This document shows positions 46,928 to 55,756 of a stretch of 64,000 nucleotides of DNA, piece after piece. Each line of letters starts with the position of its first letter. Position 1 is the stretch's first letter. The notes beneath the pieces are model-generated. The model saw only the letters and a program-made list of their open reading frames with translations. It made no database searches and was not told where the DNA came from. A program made the position numbers and the translations under genes. The stretch covers positions 160,358 to 224,357 of the IMG/VR virus record IMGVR_UViG_3300036770_006893; one strand, given 5' to 3'.

Positions 46928-47725
46928 CTAAAAATAGTAATTATTCATTAGGGCCATTAATCTATCTACACCAATCGATTGACTTACGCAGCTTTTTAAC
47001 ATCCATAAATGGATAATATTGCTTTGTTTTAAAACACTAAAAACGTCCCAAAAATTTTTACAGTGGAAGGTATCTATTAATGTTGTTGGTGGTATGGGAA
47101 TACTATCAATCAACACCATCTGTTCTATAAAAACACTTTTAACCCATGAGGAGTCTGGCGTATTAATATGATTGACCAAGCCACTATCAAATGTATCTAA
47201 GTTATTTATTGTTGTTGATATAGTCCTTTTAATTGCGTTATTAATAATTTGTGTATCGCTGCCACCAAACACAGCACAATTATAACTGTCTAGTTCAGAT
47301 GTTTGAGTGTTATATATTTTACTATATAAGGCGTGGTCAACCTTAAGTATATTTTTGATCCATGGTTCTATATGTAGTGTTATAAGGCCAGTATTGATTT
47401 TATCAGCTAATATATTTTCTATTAAAAATAGATCTATGTCAATATGAACATATGGTCTTTCATGCTTACAGCACGAAACCAATTTAGTACCAGACCAGAA
47501 GTTGTTTTTAATAATATCTTTGTATTCATCTTCATCTATACAGATTATATCGTCGTAAGGGTTTTCTTTAAAAGAATCTTTTAGGTCTGGAGATGTATAT
47601 AGAACAACAGTATATTTATGCTTTTTAAGGAATTTACAAGAAACTAAAGATTGACTAGCAACAAGGCTAATATTTGATCTTATATTATTGCTTAAATTGC
47701 TAAAATAGCTCTGTATAATTTCCAT
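46928..47725 (-). CDS. DUF6734-like (putative glycosyltransferase) protein
   Basis: LYT, FW...KL......PYVHID.D.F, N...FGG.D, F.EQ, H. Confidence 0.6.
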   Translation of the reverse strand: MEIIQSYFSNLSNNIRSNISLVASQSLVSCKFLKKHKYTVVLYTSPDLKDSFKENPYDDIICIDEDEYKDIIKNNFWSGTKLVSCCKHERPYVHIDIDLFLIENILADKINTGLITLHIEPWIKNILKVDHALYSKIYNTQTSELDSYNCAVFGGSDTQIINNAIKRTISTTINNLDTFDSGLVNHINTPDSSWVKSVFIEQMVLIDSIPIPPTTLIDTFHCKNFWDVFSVLKQSNIIHLWMLKSCVSQSIGVDRLMALMNNYYF

Positions 47726-47726
47726 T

Positions 47727-48068
47727 TTATTTAATTAATTTTGTTATGCAAATATTTTCAAACGTATTATTGCCTTTATCTAAAATAGCCTTTGTAGCCA
47801 GATCTTTAGAGATAGATGCTAGGTTTTTTTCATACACCATAATTTCCTTGAGTGTATTTATGCAATAACTAACAGAGCTTGTAGTAAAATTACTGTAGTG
47901 TTGGTATGTAGATATATTTGCTTCTATTTTTTCTATAATATTATTAACAATCAAAATTATCTCTGGACTCTCTTTGTATTTAACAGATAGTCTTTGTGAG
48001 ATCCATCTTAAATAATTAAGATCGTTTGCGTCTAGCATATTTATTTTTCTTTTTTTCTTTTTTACCAA
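47727..48068 (-). CDS. Hypothetical protein
   Basis: ORF. Confidence 0.45.
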   Translation of the reverse strand: MVKKKKRKINMLDANDLNYLRWISQRLSVKYKESPEIILIVNNIIEKIEANISTYQHYSNFTTSSVSYCINTLKEIMVYEKNLASISKDLATKAILDKGNNTFENICITKLIK

Positions 48069-48155
48069 AAATGTTTTCGTAATTTTTACTCCACGTATTA
48101 TAGTCTACACTTTTTGGCCTTCTCTTATCGCCTTTTCCATTTTGGCTCATATTCA

Positions 48156-48869
48156 TCACTCCAGTACAAATGACCAATAACGAGAATCGTCTTTCTTTTG
48201 AAGATTATCCCAATACAAGCACCGAGCAATATATGGTGGAATTTTATATTTTCCACAATTAATAACCCAATGACGTTCCATTTTCTTGTAAGAATCGGTT
48301 CCGATCTTGCTCTTATTATATTTCAAATGTTCCATATCGTAAAGGCGAAGTTGATGAATATCTCCACACAATACTCTTGCTTCATTAGGATGAATCATTT
48401 CCAGAGCAAAACTAACTTTAGCCAGACCAATACCATTGATCTTATTAACAATAGCATCACGCTTTTTAACGTGGCCTTTTTTAGTTGTAAAATAAAAGTC
48501 TTTAGGGTTTGTCCAAAATTTAGTAGCAAAATCCCAAATATACTTGGTGCGATTATTGTGTAGACCAACACCACTCTTATGCAGTTTTTCTCTCAGAATA
48601 TTTTCGTTATCAATCCATTCGTCAAAATTCTTAATGGCATTATAGCCCTTAACATTGCCTTGCCAAGTAGTATGTACGCTTGTGTATGCAAAAAGATATC
48701 TACGAAAAATATCTTCCACATTCTGTGGACGCACACTCTCCCAATATTCCTTGTATGAAACTACCTTGTCTCTAGGAAAAGTAGCAAAGAAAATATCAGC
48801 CTTGGTCTTATCAAGAGTAGTATTCTGAACCGGAATTACAGTATTCTCAACAATCATGGTTTTCTCCAA
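48156..48869 (-). CDS. HhH-family DNA glycosylase/AP lyase (Ogg-like)
   Basis: R..IV..I.GIG..K.SF.L......D.H helix-hairpin-helix with the Lys/Asp pair. Confidence 0.7.
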   Translation of the reverse strand: MEKTMIVENTVIPVQNTTLDKTKADIFFATFPRDKVVSYKEYWESVRPQNVEDIFRRYLFAYTSVHTTWQGNVKGYNAIKNFDEWIDNENILREKLHKSGVGLHNNRTKYIWDFATKFWTNPKDFYFTTKKGHVKKRDAIVNKINGIGLAKVSFALEMIHPNEARVLCGDIHQLRLYDMEHLKYNKSKIGTDSYKKMERHWVINCGKYKIPPYIARCLYWDNLQKKDDSRYWSFVLE

Positions 48870-48882
48870 TGGTTATGCTACG

Positions 48883-48911
48883 ATTCTACACTACGAGTAT
48901 CGACTTGTCAA
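48883..48911 (-). promoter_or_regulatory. Early promoter
   Basis: TTGACA-AGTCGATACTCGTAGTG-TAGAAT. Confidence 0.75.
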
Positions 48912-48922
48912 GACTCGTTTCT

Positions 48923-50239
48923 TTAGACGGTTCTCGCAGACCCATGTAGAATTTTAAACGTAGGAAATCGCAAACTGATACCACCATCTTGGTTTTTAGT
49001 TTCCTCAAAATACTGCACAGTTATAATCTGTCCAAGAATCTTATTAGGGTTCCGATAAAATTCCTGACGTTGTTCTATAGTGAAACCGCTACCAACTCTC
49101 ACAAGATGATCCTTATGCTTAATAGTAACGCAACTCAACATAGTTTCTTCACACTCAGCACCATTCTTTACATAACGAAATGGCCCCATTTCTGTGTCGA
49201 TTACTTCATACTCGTCATCAAAAAACTTCTTAACTTTCAACAGGTCTTTGCTACGCTTGCCTTTATATGGCTCGTCTGCTCGTAGCATTACTCCTTCCCA
49301 ACCATAATCAGCCGCTTCTTTGACCCATTCTTGAAAATGCTCGTCATTATGAATCAATTCTTGTTCAAGCAGAGTAAGGCACGGACATTCATTTTTGGTC
49401 ATAATCTCTGTAAGATTTGCTAACCGAATAGAATATGGACGATTCTTTTCACCCTTCTTGCTATAAAACTCGTCGTGAGAGATCATATCAAAAATTTTGA
49501 ATGACGGATTAGGAATAGTATGATCCTTCTTTTTAAGTTGTTTCATAATCCCTTGGAAATCCTCATTACCATCATCATCTACAAGACACAGTTCACCATC
49601 AAATATTACATCAGTAACCCCCAAAGCCTTAATCCCACGGCTAACAACACCAAGAGTTTCAAAACTCTTTCCTGTGCGGGAATAAAAAGTAGAGTCCCCA
49701 TTACCATCAACAATACAAATACATCTAGCACCATCAATTTTTCTGCTAACATACCAATTATCCTTCCATTCTACAAGTTTAGGCTCATACTTATCTGCCA
49801 GAGCAACACTAAACTCTGGAATATGGTCAGGAATAGCCTTGTTGATAATCTTGTCACCAGCACGGGTTTTCAAGTCCTTATCAATAATGCAATAAATAAG
49901 TTCCTCAATATTGTCTTTATTTGACTGACTATCAATAAAAGTATGGACTGCTCCAATAGCATCGTGACCAGTAATCTTTCGACTCTTTAGGGCATCAAGT
50001 AGATCGAAGAAATTCTTATAGGATTTTCCTCTCAAAGAATTCTTCTTTTTCAGATTGTCGCTAGTAACATTATACTGCCACAAAGGGTGATAGGTGTAAA
50101 GAAGAATTTTTTTAGCAAAATTTGCAGCCTCAGAATTATGATTACAATAATCTTCAATAATACCTTGCTTATCAATAGTGCTGCTAGTAGCCCTAAGATC
50201 ACGAACCATACCCCAAACATAATTAAAATCGTGAATCAT
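48923..50239 (-). CDS. lig: ATP-dependent DNA ligase
   Basis: KIDG.R (motif I), FDGE, IFD, EGVMLR, Y.GKRS..LLK.K, VGSGF, SLRFP; start placed at MIHDF after GGAGA. Confidence 0.93.
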   Translation of the reverse strand: MIHDFNYVWGMVRDLRATSSTIDKQGIIEDYCNHNSEAANFAKKILLYTYHPLWQYNVTSDNLKKKNSLRGKSYKNFFDLLDALKSRKITGHDAIGAVHTFIDSQSNKDNIEELIYCIIDKDLKTRAGDKIINKAIPDHIPEFSVALADKYEPKLVEWKDNWYVSRKIDGARCICIVDGNGDSTFYSRTGKSFETLGVVSRGIKALGVTDVIFDGELCLVDDDGNEDFQGIMKQLKKKDHTIPNPSFKIFDMISHDEFYSKKGEKNRPYSIRLANLTEIMTKNECPCLTLLEQELIHNDEHFQEWVKEAADYGWEGVMLRADEPYKGKRSKDLLKVKKFFDDEYEVIDTEMGPFRYVKNGAECEETMLSCVTIKHKDHLVRVGSGFTIEQRQEFYRNPNKILGQIITVQYFEETKNQDGGISLRFPTFKILHGSARTV

Positions 50240-50271
50240 CCAAAGTTTCTCCGGTTTCCTGTGTTCAAGCC

Positions 50272-50300
50272 AGTATATCATATACTATCGGCGTTGTCAA
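50272..50300 (-). promoter_or_regulatory. Early promoter
   Basis: TTGACA-ACGCCGATAGTATATGA-TATACT. Confidence 0.8.
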
Positions 50301-50314
50301 GCACATTTCTTTAG

Positions 50315-50707
50315 TTAGTCTTGATTAAATTTTAATTCAACCAGCTTTTGTGCTGAATCAACCAACCTATCCCAATTTTTGTTCACATATTCTGGTGGTC
50401 CTCCAATTTTTGCTACAATTTCTGGAGCTGATTCTAGGGGAACCATTTCTATAGCATCCCAAGGACAAACCTTTAAATCATATGGATTAGATTTTTTTTG
50501 AGGTATCCGGACACAAACTTCACACCCAACACATTTATCAAGATCTATTTCGCACCAACTTTGTAAGTTTCCTAGATTATCATTTTGTTGTATTTTGATT
50601 ATGCAATCCACGGGACAAACTTCCAAACAAGCCCCACAGCCTGTACAATTATCGGCATTTATAATTGCTAATTCTTTTGGTAGTTTTTTTCTTGAAGATT
50701 GTTTCAT
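50315..50707 (-). CDS. 2x[4Fe-4S] ferredoxin
   Basis: CTGCGAC..VCP and CVGCEVC...CPW. Confidence 0.88.
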   Translation of the reverse strand: MKQSSRKKLPKELAIINADNCTGCGACLEVCPVDCIIKIQQNDNLGNLQSWCEIDLDKCVGCEVCVRIPQKKSNPYDLKVCPWDAIEMVPLESAPEIVAKIGGPPEYVNKNWDRLVDSAQKLVELKFNQD

Positions 50708-50869
50708 TTATATTGATTGCTATTTTTAAGGGCTTCTAAAACCATTTCGACATCTTCTTTACTATATGGGGTTTCTATACCTAATTGTTTATGCATACCC
50801 ATTTGTACATATAATATATTTAAAGCATCTATAACAATTTGTAAATCGTTTGGTTCTAGATAATAGAAG

Positions 50870-51082
50870 TTACTTTTTAGTTTCACGACTAAACCTCTTG
50901 CTTAATTTTTTAACTAAATCACTGCCTGCTGTTGGGAAAAAACATGGTAATATAGAATGTATTATTAATAGTAATCCGGCCAATAAACAACAGATACCAT
51001 AAAATAAAGCAAAGCCCAAATGCTCTATATAAGTCATATTATTTTCTTTAAGATGATCTTTCCATTTTTGTGTTATTCTCAT
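50870..51082 (-). CDS. DUF6356-like small membrane protein
   Basis: HL....MTY.EH..FA...IH...P..F....SD. Confidence 0.6.
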   Translation of the reverse strand: MRITQKWKDHLKENNMTYIEHLGFALFYGICCLLAGLLLIIHSILPCFFPTAGSDLVKKLSKRFSRETKK

Positions 51083-51096
51083 AGACGTTTTACTGC

Positions 51097-51855
51097 CTAC
51101 TTTTTAAGTTCGGTTTTGGATTCTTTTATCCATTCTAAAAATTTAGAAACTCTGGTATGCCCAGATTCTTCTCCATACTTTGACATTGGAGATTTACCAA
51201 TAGTCATTACACACGAATTTATTCCTGCTAGTTTACCTTCTATAAAAAGACCCCCACCACTATCTCCACTTCCTATCATATACTCTAATATTGTATGATC
51301 TTTTGCTCCATATCGCGATGGAGAACATAGCAGCATATCTTTTTCTATTCCATCGATCACATTGGATCCTGCTCTTAATTTATTATCTGATTTATATATA
51401 CCGGTATTGAAATTACCAGTTAGTCCCCAGCCAGCAATTGAGGCTACTTTACCAACTTCGTTTTCATCTTCATATAATGGAGGAAAATGCTCTTGATCAA
51501 AACCGCTTTCAGAATATCCTAATGCTATATCAGCCACTCCAAATCGGCCATCAAAATCTTTGTGTACAATTATATTGTCTACAATAAACTGTTTGTCTCC
51601 TATTTTTACATAACAAGTTTTGTATCCTTTAACAACGTGACCGGCAGTTAGTACAAAATGTTTTTCAATAATAACTCCAGAAGCACAAAATTTTGTATCA
51701 TCTTGGTATGTGCCACAAAGCCTAACAACACAATAAAATTTGCTACCAAAATCTAAATATTTTTGATCTGGTATATTTGGATCTATAGTTCCGCTATAAG
51801 ATAGAGAGCATAGTCCTAAAAGAGAAAACAAAAAAAGCTTTTTAAGTATAAACAT
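51097..51855 (-). CDS. Secreted trypsin-like (S1) serine protease
   Basis: Signal peptide; LTAGH, DIAL, GDSGG. Confidence 0.88.
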   Translation of the reverse strand: MFILKKLFLFSLLGLCSLSYSGTIDPNIPDQKYLDFGSKFYCVVRLCGTYQDDTKFCASGVIIEKHFVLTAGHVVKGYKTCYVKIGDKQFIVDNIIVHKDFDGRFGVADIALGYSESGFDQEHFPPLYEDENEVGKVASIAGWGLTGNFNTGIYKSDNKLRAGSNVIDGIEKDMLLCSPSRYGAKDHTILEYMIGSGDSGGGLFIEGKLAGINSCVMTIGKSPMSKYGEESGHTRVSKFLEWIKESKTELKK

Positions 51856-51892
51856 GATAAGCCCTCCTTTAAAAGCGGCTTAGTATAATACA

Positions 51893-52240
51893 CTATTTTT
51901 GTCTATTTTTAGACATAATTAAATAGTTAGCAGCTTTAATTATGCCGTCTAGATTATCTCCCAACTTTCCCAATCCCGTATTACAAGGCTCACAGAGCCA
52001 ACCCCTAAAACTATCGTCACTATGATCGTGATCTAAACACCATTTAAGAGGAATTTTTCCACAACATTCACAAACTTCTGGTTTTGGCGGAGCTTCTTTA
52101 TGTAGCTGATTTCTTACTTTGCTGTGTTTTTTAACGCAACTTCTACATCTGCTATCCAAATTATCTTTGTACATACTGTGCTTGGGAAAACTTTTATGGT
52201 TTTTTCGTTTGCCGCAGTAAGTACAAATTTTTCTAGGCAT
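51893..52240 (-). CDS. Endonuclease VII-like (His-Me finger) endonuclease
   Basis: C..C...LDHDH....RG.LC..CN..LG...D. Confidence 0.85.
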   Translation of the reverse strand: MPRKICTYCGKRKNHKSFPKHSMYKDNLDSRCRSCVKKHSKVRNQLHKEAPPKPEVCECCGKIPLKWCLDHDHSDDSFRGWLCEPCNTGLGKLGDNLDGIIKAANYLIMSKNRQK

Positions 52241-52242
52241 AC

Positions 52243-52595
52243 TGGACGAGAGGGGAGTCGAACCCCTGTCCTATCATATTTCTAATTACATCTTCTACAA
52301 GTTTATTCTGTTCATAAGTTTTGAGAAAGATTAAAGAACAAACAACATTCATCTTTCCGTACCAACTAGTCTCAGGCTAGAACCCGTTGGCTATTCTAGC
52401 AGCCGAAGGATTTTACGACAATCTTTTGAACGCTACCTTCATCGCTTTCTAAGATTGTTGCTACCTTTTATTAAGCAGCAAGGGCTAACTGAGTATTGCC
52501 AGTTACAGCATTTGGTAGATTTTTAAAGTGGCCTTTCCACCAACCACTACTTGCCAATATAATCTTCTTTATGTAGTCGAAACCTTTACTCGCCC
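52243..52595 (-). ncRNA. ssrA: tmRNA, tag (A)GNTQLALAA*
   Basis: Acceptor GGGCGAG/CTCGTCC+A with G3-U; T-arm AGGGG-TTCGACT-CCCCT; pk1 AGTGGTT/GGCCACT plus GGTGGA/TCTACC; TAACT precedes the resume codon; tag ORF 52471-52500; 353 nt. Confidence 0.93.
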
Positions 52596-52868
52596 TAATT
52601 ATTATACACAAAATCTTTGTTTTTCAAATGTTCCAAAGCCTCTAACTTCAGATACAAATATTCAAAAAATACTTTGTACGTTGCTTTTTCTTGTCTCAAT
52701 AATTTTATCTCTTCGTATTGAATAAGATTAAAACCTAAAGACATAGATAGAATACCAATTATTATTACATAATATGGCATATGTTTTGAACGATTTGTCA
52801 TGAATTTTGTTGCCTGTTAATCGAAAATGGTGTATGATATTATCTAGTTATAGAAAGGAGATTCGATT

Positions 52869-53360
52869 ATGAATCAATGCGTCAACTGTTCCAAAGAAAC
52901 AAGTAATCCAAGGTTTTGTTCAAGATCATGTGGTGTGTCATACAATAATCGAATAAAACCTAAAAGAATTAAAAGGATGAGAACTTGTAAATTTTGTAAA
53001 AATCAATTTCATTCTCTTCATAGTTATAATCAAAAATATTGTAATAAACAATGCTTACAAAATCATAGAGAATACAATATTCAAACTAATGGTTTTGGTG
53101 AAGGTCATTACCACAATAATTCTATAAGAAAATATCTAGTTAAAAAGCATGGTAATAATTGTATGATTTGCGGACAGTCAGGAAATGATTGGAATGGTAA
53201 ACCTATAACTCTTATTGTGGATCATATTGATGGAAAATCTAATAATAATAAACTAGATAATCTTCGTATTGTTTGTCCTAATTGCGACTGTCAATTACCA
53301 ACCTATAAAGCAAAAAATAAAGGAAATAGTTCTCGTAAATATTACATAGTCCAAAAATAA
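52869..53360 (+). CDS. Free-standing HNH endonuclease
   Basis: FCSRSC/YCNKQC Zn repeats; C..CG...W.GK...L.VDHIDG...NN...NLR..CPNC. Confidence 0.88.
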   Translation: MNQCVNCSKETSNPRFCSRSCGVSYNNRIKPKRIKRMRTCKFCKNQFHSLHSYNQKYCNKQCLQNHREYNIQTNGFGEGHYHNNSIRKYLVKKHGNNCMICGQSGNDWNGKPITLIVDHIDGKSNNNKLDNLRIVCPNCDCQLPTYKAKNKGNSSRKYYIVQK

Positions 53361-53440
53361 TACTCCTGCTTGGAATCGAACCAAGTCCCCTTTCGGATTA
53401 CCTTATAAGAGTAATTGCCGGGAACCACCGGCACAGGAGC
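53361..53440 (-). tRNA. tRNA-Ile (anticodon UAU) with extended variable arm, CCA not encoded
   Basis: Acceptor GCTCCTG/CAGGAGT+A, D-arm CCGG-TGGTTC-CCGG, anticodon TTACT-CTTATAA-GGTAA, V-region TCCGAAAGGGGA, T-arm CTTGG-TTCGATT-CCAAG. Confidence 0.85.
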
Positions 53441-53449
53441 GTATGTTGT

Positions 53450-53478
53450 ATTATACACTATCGACCGATCTCTGTCAA
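53450..53478 (-). promoter_or_regulatory. Early promoter for tRNA-Ile
   Basis: TTGACA-GAGATCGGTCGATAGTG-TATAAT. Confidence 0.75.
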
Positions 53479-54024
53479 CTCTCCAGTTTCGTTTTTCAAT
53501 TTTTCCACAAAGTTTCTATAAATTCCCATAACAATACCACTAGTTGTTCCCACGTTGAGAGAACGAACGCTACCATAATTAGGAATAGTAAGGATAATAT
53601 CACACTTATCCAAAATGAAATCTGATAGTCCTTTATTTTCTTCTCCAAATAAAAATATAGGTTGAGTAGTATTGTAGTATTGATAATCAAAGAGATTAAC
53701 GGTTTTGTGACTATATTCGGGAACGTTATTTTCAATAGCAATAACAGTCCTACCAGGGCATTGTGAAATAAAAGACTGTTCATCTTTATGGTGATACATT
53801 GGTGTGTAGTGATGGGTTCCTACGCTGCCTCTTTTATCCCATTTCTTTTTACCGATATAATGGACACTACTAAACCCAAAAAAGTTTGCGTTACGAACCA
53901 GTGTACTAAGATTAAAATCTCCGCTAATATTAATCATGGCAACACTCGCTGGTATGCTGTTACTAATACAGTATTCAGCAATATCAGGAATAGCATATTC
54001 TTTTAGGCTATCAATCACGTTCAT
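53458..54024 (-). CDS. SpoU/TrmH-family RNA 2'-O-methyltransferase
   Basis: N..TL.R.A..FG, FGEE..GL, IP..GSVRSLNV. Confidence 0.85.
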   Translation of the reverse strand: MNVIDSLKEYAIPDIAEYCISNSIPASVAMINISGDFNLSTLVRNANFFGFSSVHYIGKKKWDKRGSVGTHHYTPMYHHKDEQSFISQCPGRTVIAIENNVPEYSHKTVNLFDYQYYNTTQPIFLFGEENKGLSDFILDKCDIILTIPNYGSVRSLNVGTTSGIVMGIYRNFVEKLKNETGELTEIGR

Positions 54025-54165
54025 TTTTCAATTTTTCTTTGTAAGCTTTCCAATTTTTTTTCCAACCTAAATATTAGAGAATATGTGTCTGAGCATTTTT
54101 TACAATAATCAGAAACTATATATTCTCTAGCCTCCCATATATCTTCTTTGATCTTTGATATGCGT

Positions 54166-54555
54166 TCAAGAATTTTTTCTTTTTCGTTTTCGCTTAGGTT
54201 TTGGTTGGTCATTTTGAATAGTCTCCTTATGCCAAAATACCATTTCGTTTAACTCATCGTCCCAAGCACATTCTACAATGTCTCTTGCTGCTAGTTTAGC
54301 AAGCCCGGTGTTGTGGATCATTGTCGCTGTTTCATGAAAAATAATTTCGTTTTGTTTTTCGTTCAAAAGAGGTCTATTATTAGCGTCAAAGCCCAAACAA
54401 TAAGACTCAACTAAACCAATCATTTGGCCAATGCTAATATAGTCATCCAAATTGTCTTGGTGGCTATGTTCACTAATGCTTTTTGCTGCTGCTTCTCTCA
54501 TTTGAGAAACATAACCATTAATGTCAGTAATAGCATAAACAGTATCGTCCTGCAT
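54166..54555 (-). CDS. Hypothetical protein (C-terminus resembles 37728..38159)
   Basis: LAKLAA.D.VECAWD...NEMVFW. Confidence 0.55.
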   Translation of the reverse strand: MQDDTVYAITDINGYVSQMREAAAKSISEHSHQDNLDDYISIGQMIGLVESYCLGFDANNRPLLNEKQNEIIFHETATMIHNTGLAKLAARDIVECAWDDELNEMVFWHKETIQNDQPKPKRKRKRKNS

Positions 54556-54572
54556 TATTAATCTCCAATAAG

Positions 54573-54851
54573 TTATTTAATAAACTTAGATACACCCTGA
54601 CCGGAATCTTCTGATATTTTATCAAGAATTCGGCTAATTGTATATTGCATATTTACTTCTCCTCTATTTAACCATCGGCTATTACTATCTAGTGCCGTTA
54701 TAATTTGAGGAATCCAGTGCTGATACGCTACATCAAATTCTTCTGGAAAATAAGTCTTCAATATTCTCTGTATATGAAATATAGAACTGTCTATTTGGTC
54801 TCTATAATCCATAAGTAGGTTCAATTGATCTTTTTGATCCTGGCTTAACAT
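54573..54851 (-). CDS. Hypothetical protein
   Basis: ORF in operon. Confidence 0.5.
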   Translation of the reverse strand: MLSQDQKDQLNLLMDYRDQIDSSIFHIQRILKTYFPEEFDVAYQHWIPQIITALDSNSRWLNRGEVNMQYTISRILDKISEDSGQGVSKFIK

Positions 54852-55285
54852 TAAACTAATGCCTTATCGTATTTAGGATTATATGCAGAATCTTTCTTTT
54901 TCATTTTGAGAATTTTATGTTTAACTTTCCAAACTCCAGTTTCAGGATTTTGACAATCTGGCCCCATATAAATATGAGCAAATCCAGCGTTCTTATCAAT
55001 ACCCCAAGCGCAGATGCCTTTATCATCAATCTTTTCTACAACAAATCTTCCTCTATATCCCATAGGGACAAGTTCTCCATTGTGTAGAAAATATGGGCCG
55101 CCACCTACCTTGATCTTATCGCCCGGCTCAAGATCCTTCCAGTTAAAGTCTCTAATAATTTTATGTGTTCGCTTTTCTTTGTTGTTGATTTTAAAAGAAA
55201 AAACATGATTGCAATTCTTACAAACATAGGCTCGCGGCCCAACCATGTTAGAACAATTCGGACAAGTCTTTTTGCCTTTGGGCAT
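54851..55285 (-). CDS. Zn-ribbon hypothetical protein
   Basis: K.CP.C...VG.RA..C..C.H.F; ACAGGAG RBS. Confidence 0.6.
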   Translation of the reverse strand: MPKGKKTCPNCSNMVGPRAYVCKNCNHVFSFKINNKEKRTHKIIRDFNWKDLEPGDKIKVGGGPYFLHNGELVPMGYRGRFVVEKIDDKGICAWGIDKNAGFAHIYMGPDCQNPETGVWKVKHKILKMKKKDSAYNPKYDKALV

Positions 55286-55315
55286 TTCTAATCTCCTGTG
55301 TCAGTGAATATGCTA

Positions 55316-55343
55316 AGTATACTACCGTTATCGGCGTTGTCAA
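55316..55343 (-). promoter_or_regulatory. Early promoter
   Basis: TTGACA-ACGCCGATAACGGTAG-TATACT. Confidence 0.8.
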
Positions 55344-55756
55344 GCGGTTTTCTTTAGACCGTCCACAATTGTGAGTTTTCCAGGCTCATAATGACAAAAA
55401 TAACTAGAATGAATTCTTCTCTTAATTAGGTTATTTTCTTCTATTTCGATATATACATTAATTCTGTATCTATTTTCCCAAACATTTATAATTTTGGTCA
55501 TTAGATGACGTTTAGGTTTCTCTACTTGCTTAAACAGAAGGTTTTCAATTTCAAGATCCATTATTTTCTCCAGAATCAAATTTTATGTAAATTCCCTTTT
55601 CCTCTGTGTCATTAAACTCTATTAGATCACCATTAAATAATCCACCATAAGCATTGTCGTAAACCTTAACATCTTGTTGCCAATCAAATTTACCAAATGC
55701 TTTCATATCATTTGCTTTTTGATGAAGAAAATTATATAGATCAAGCCAGTTCATTA

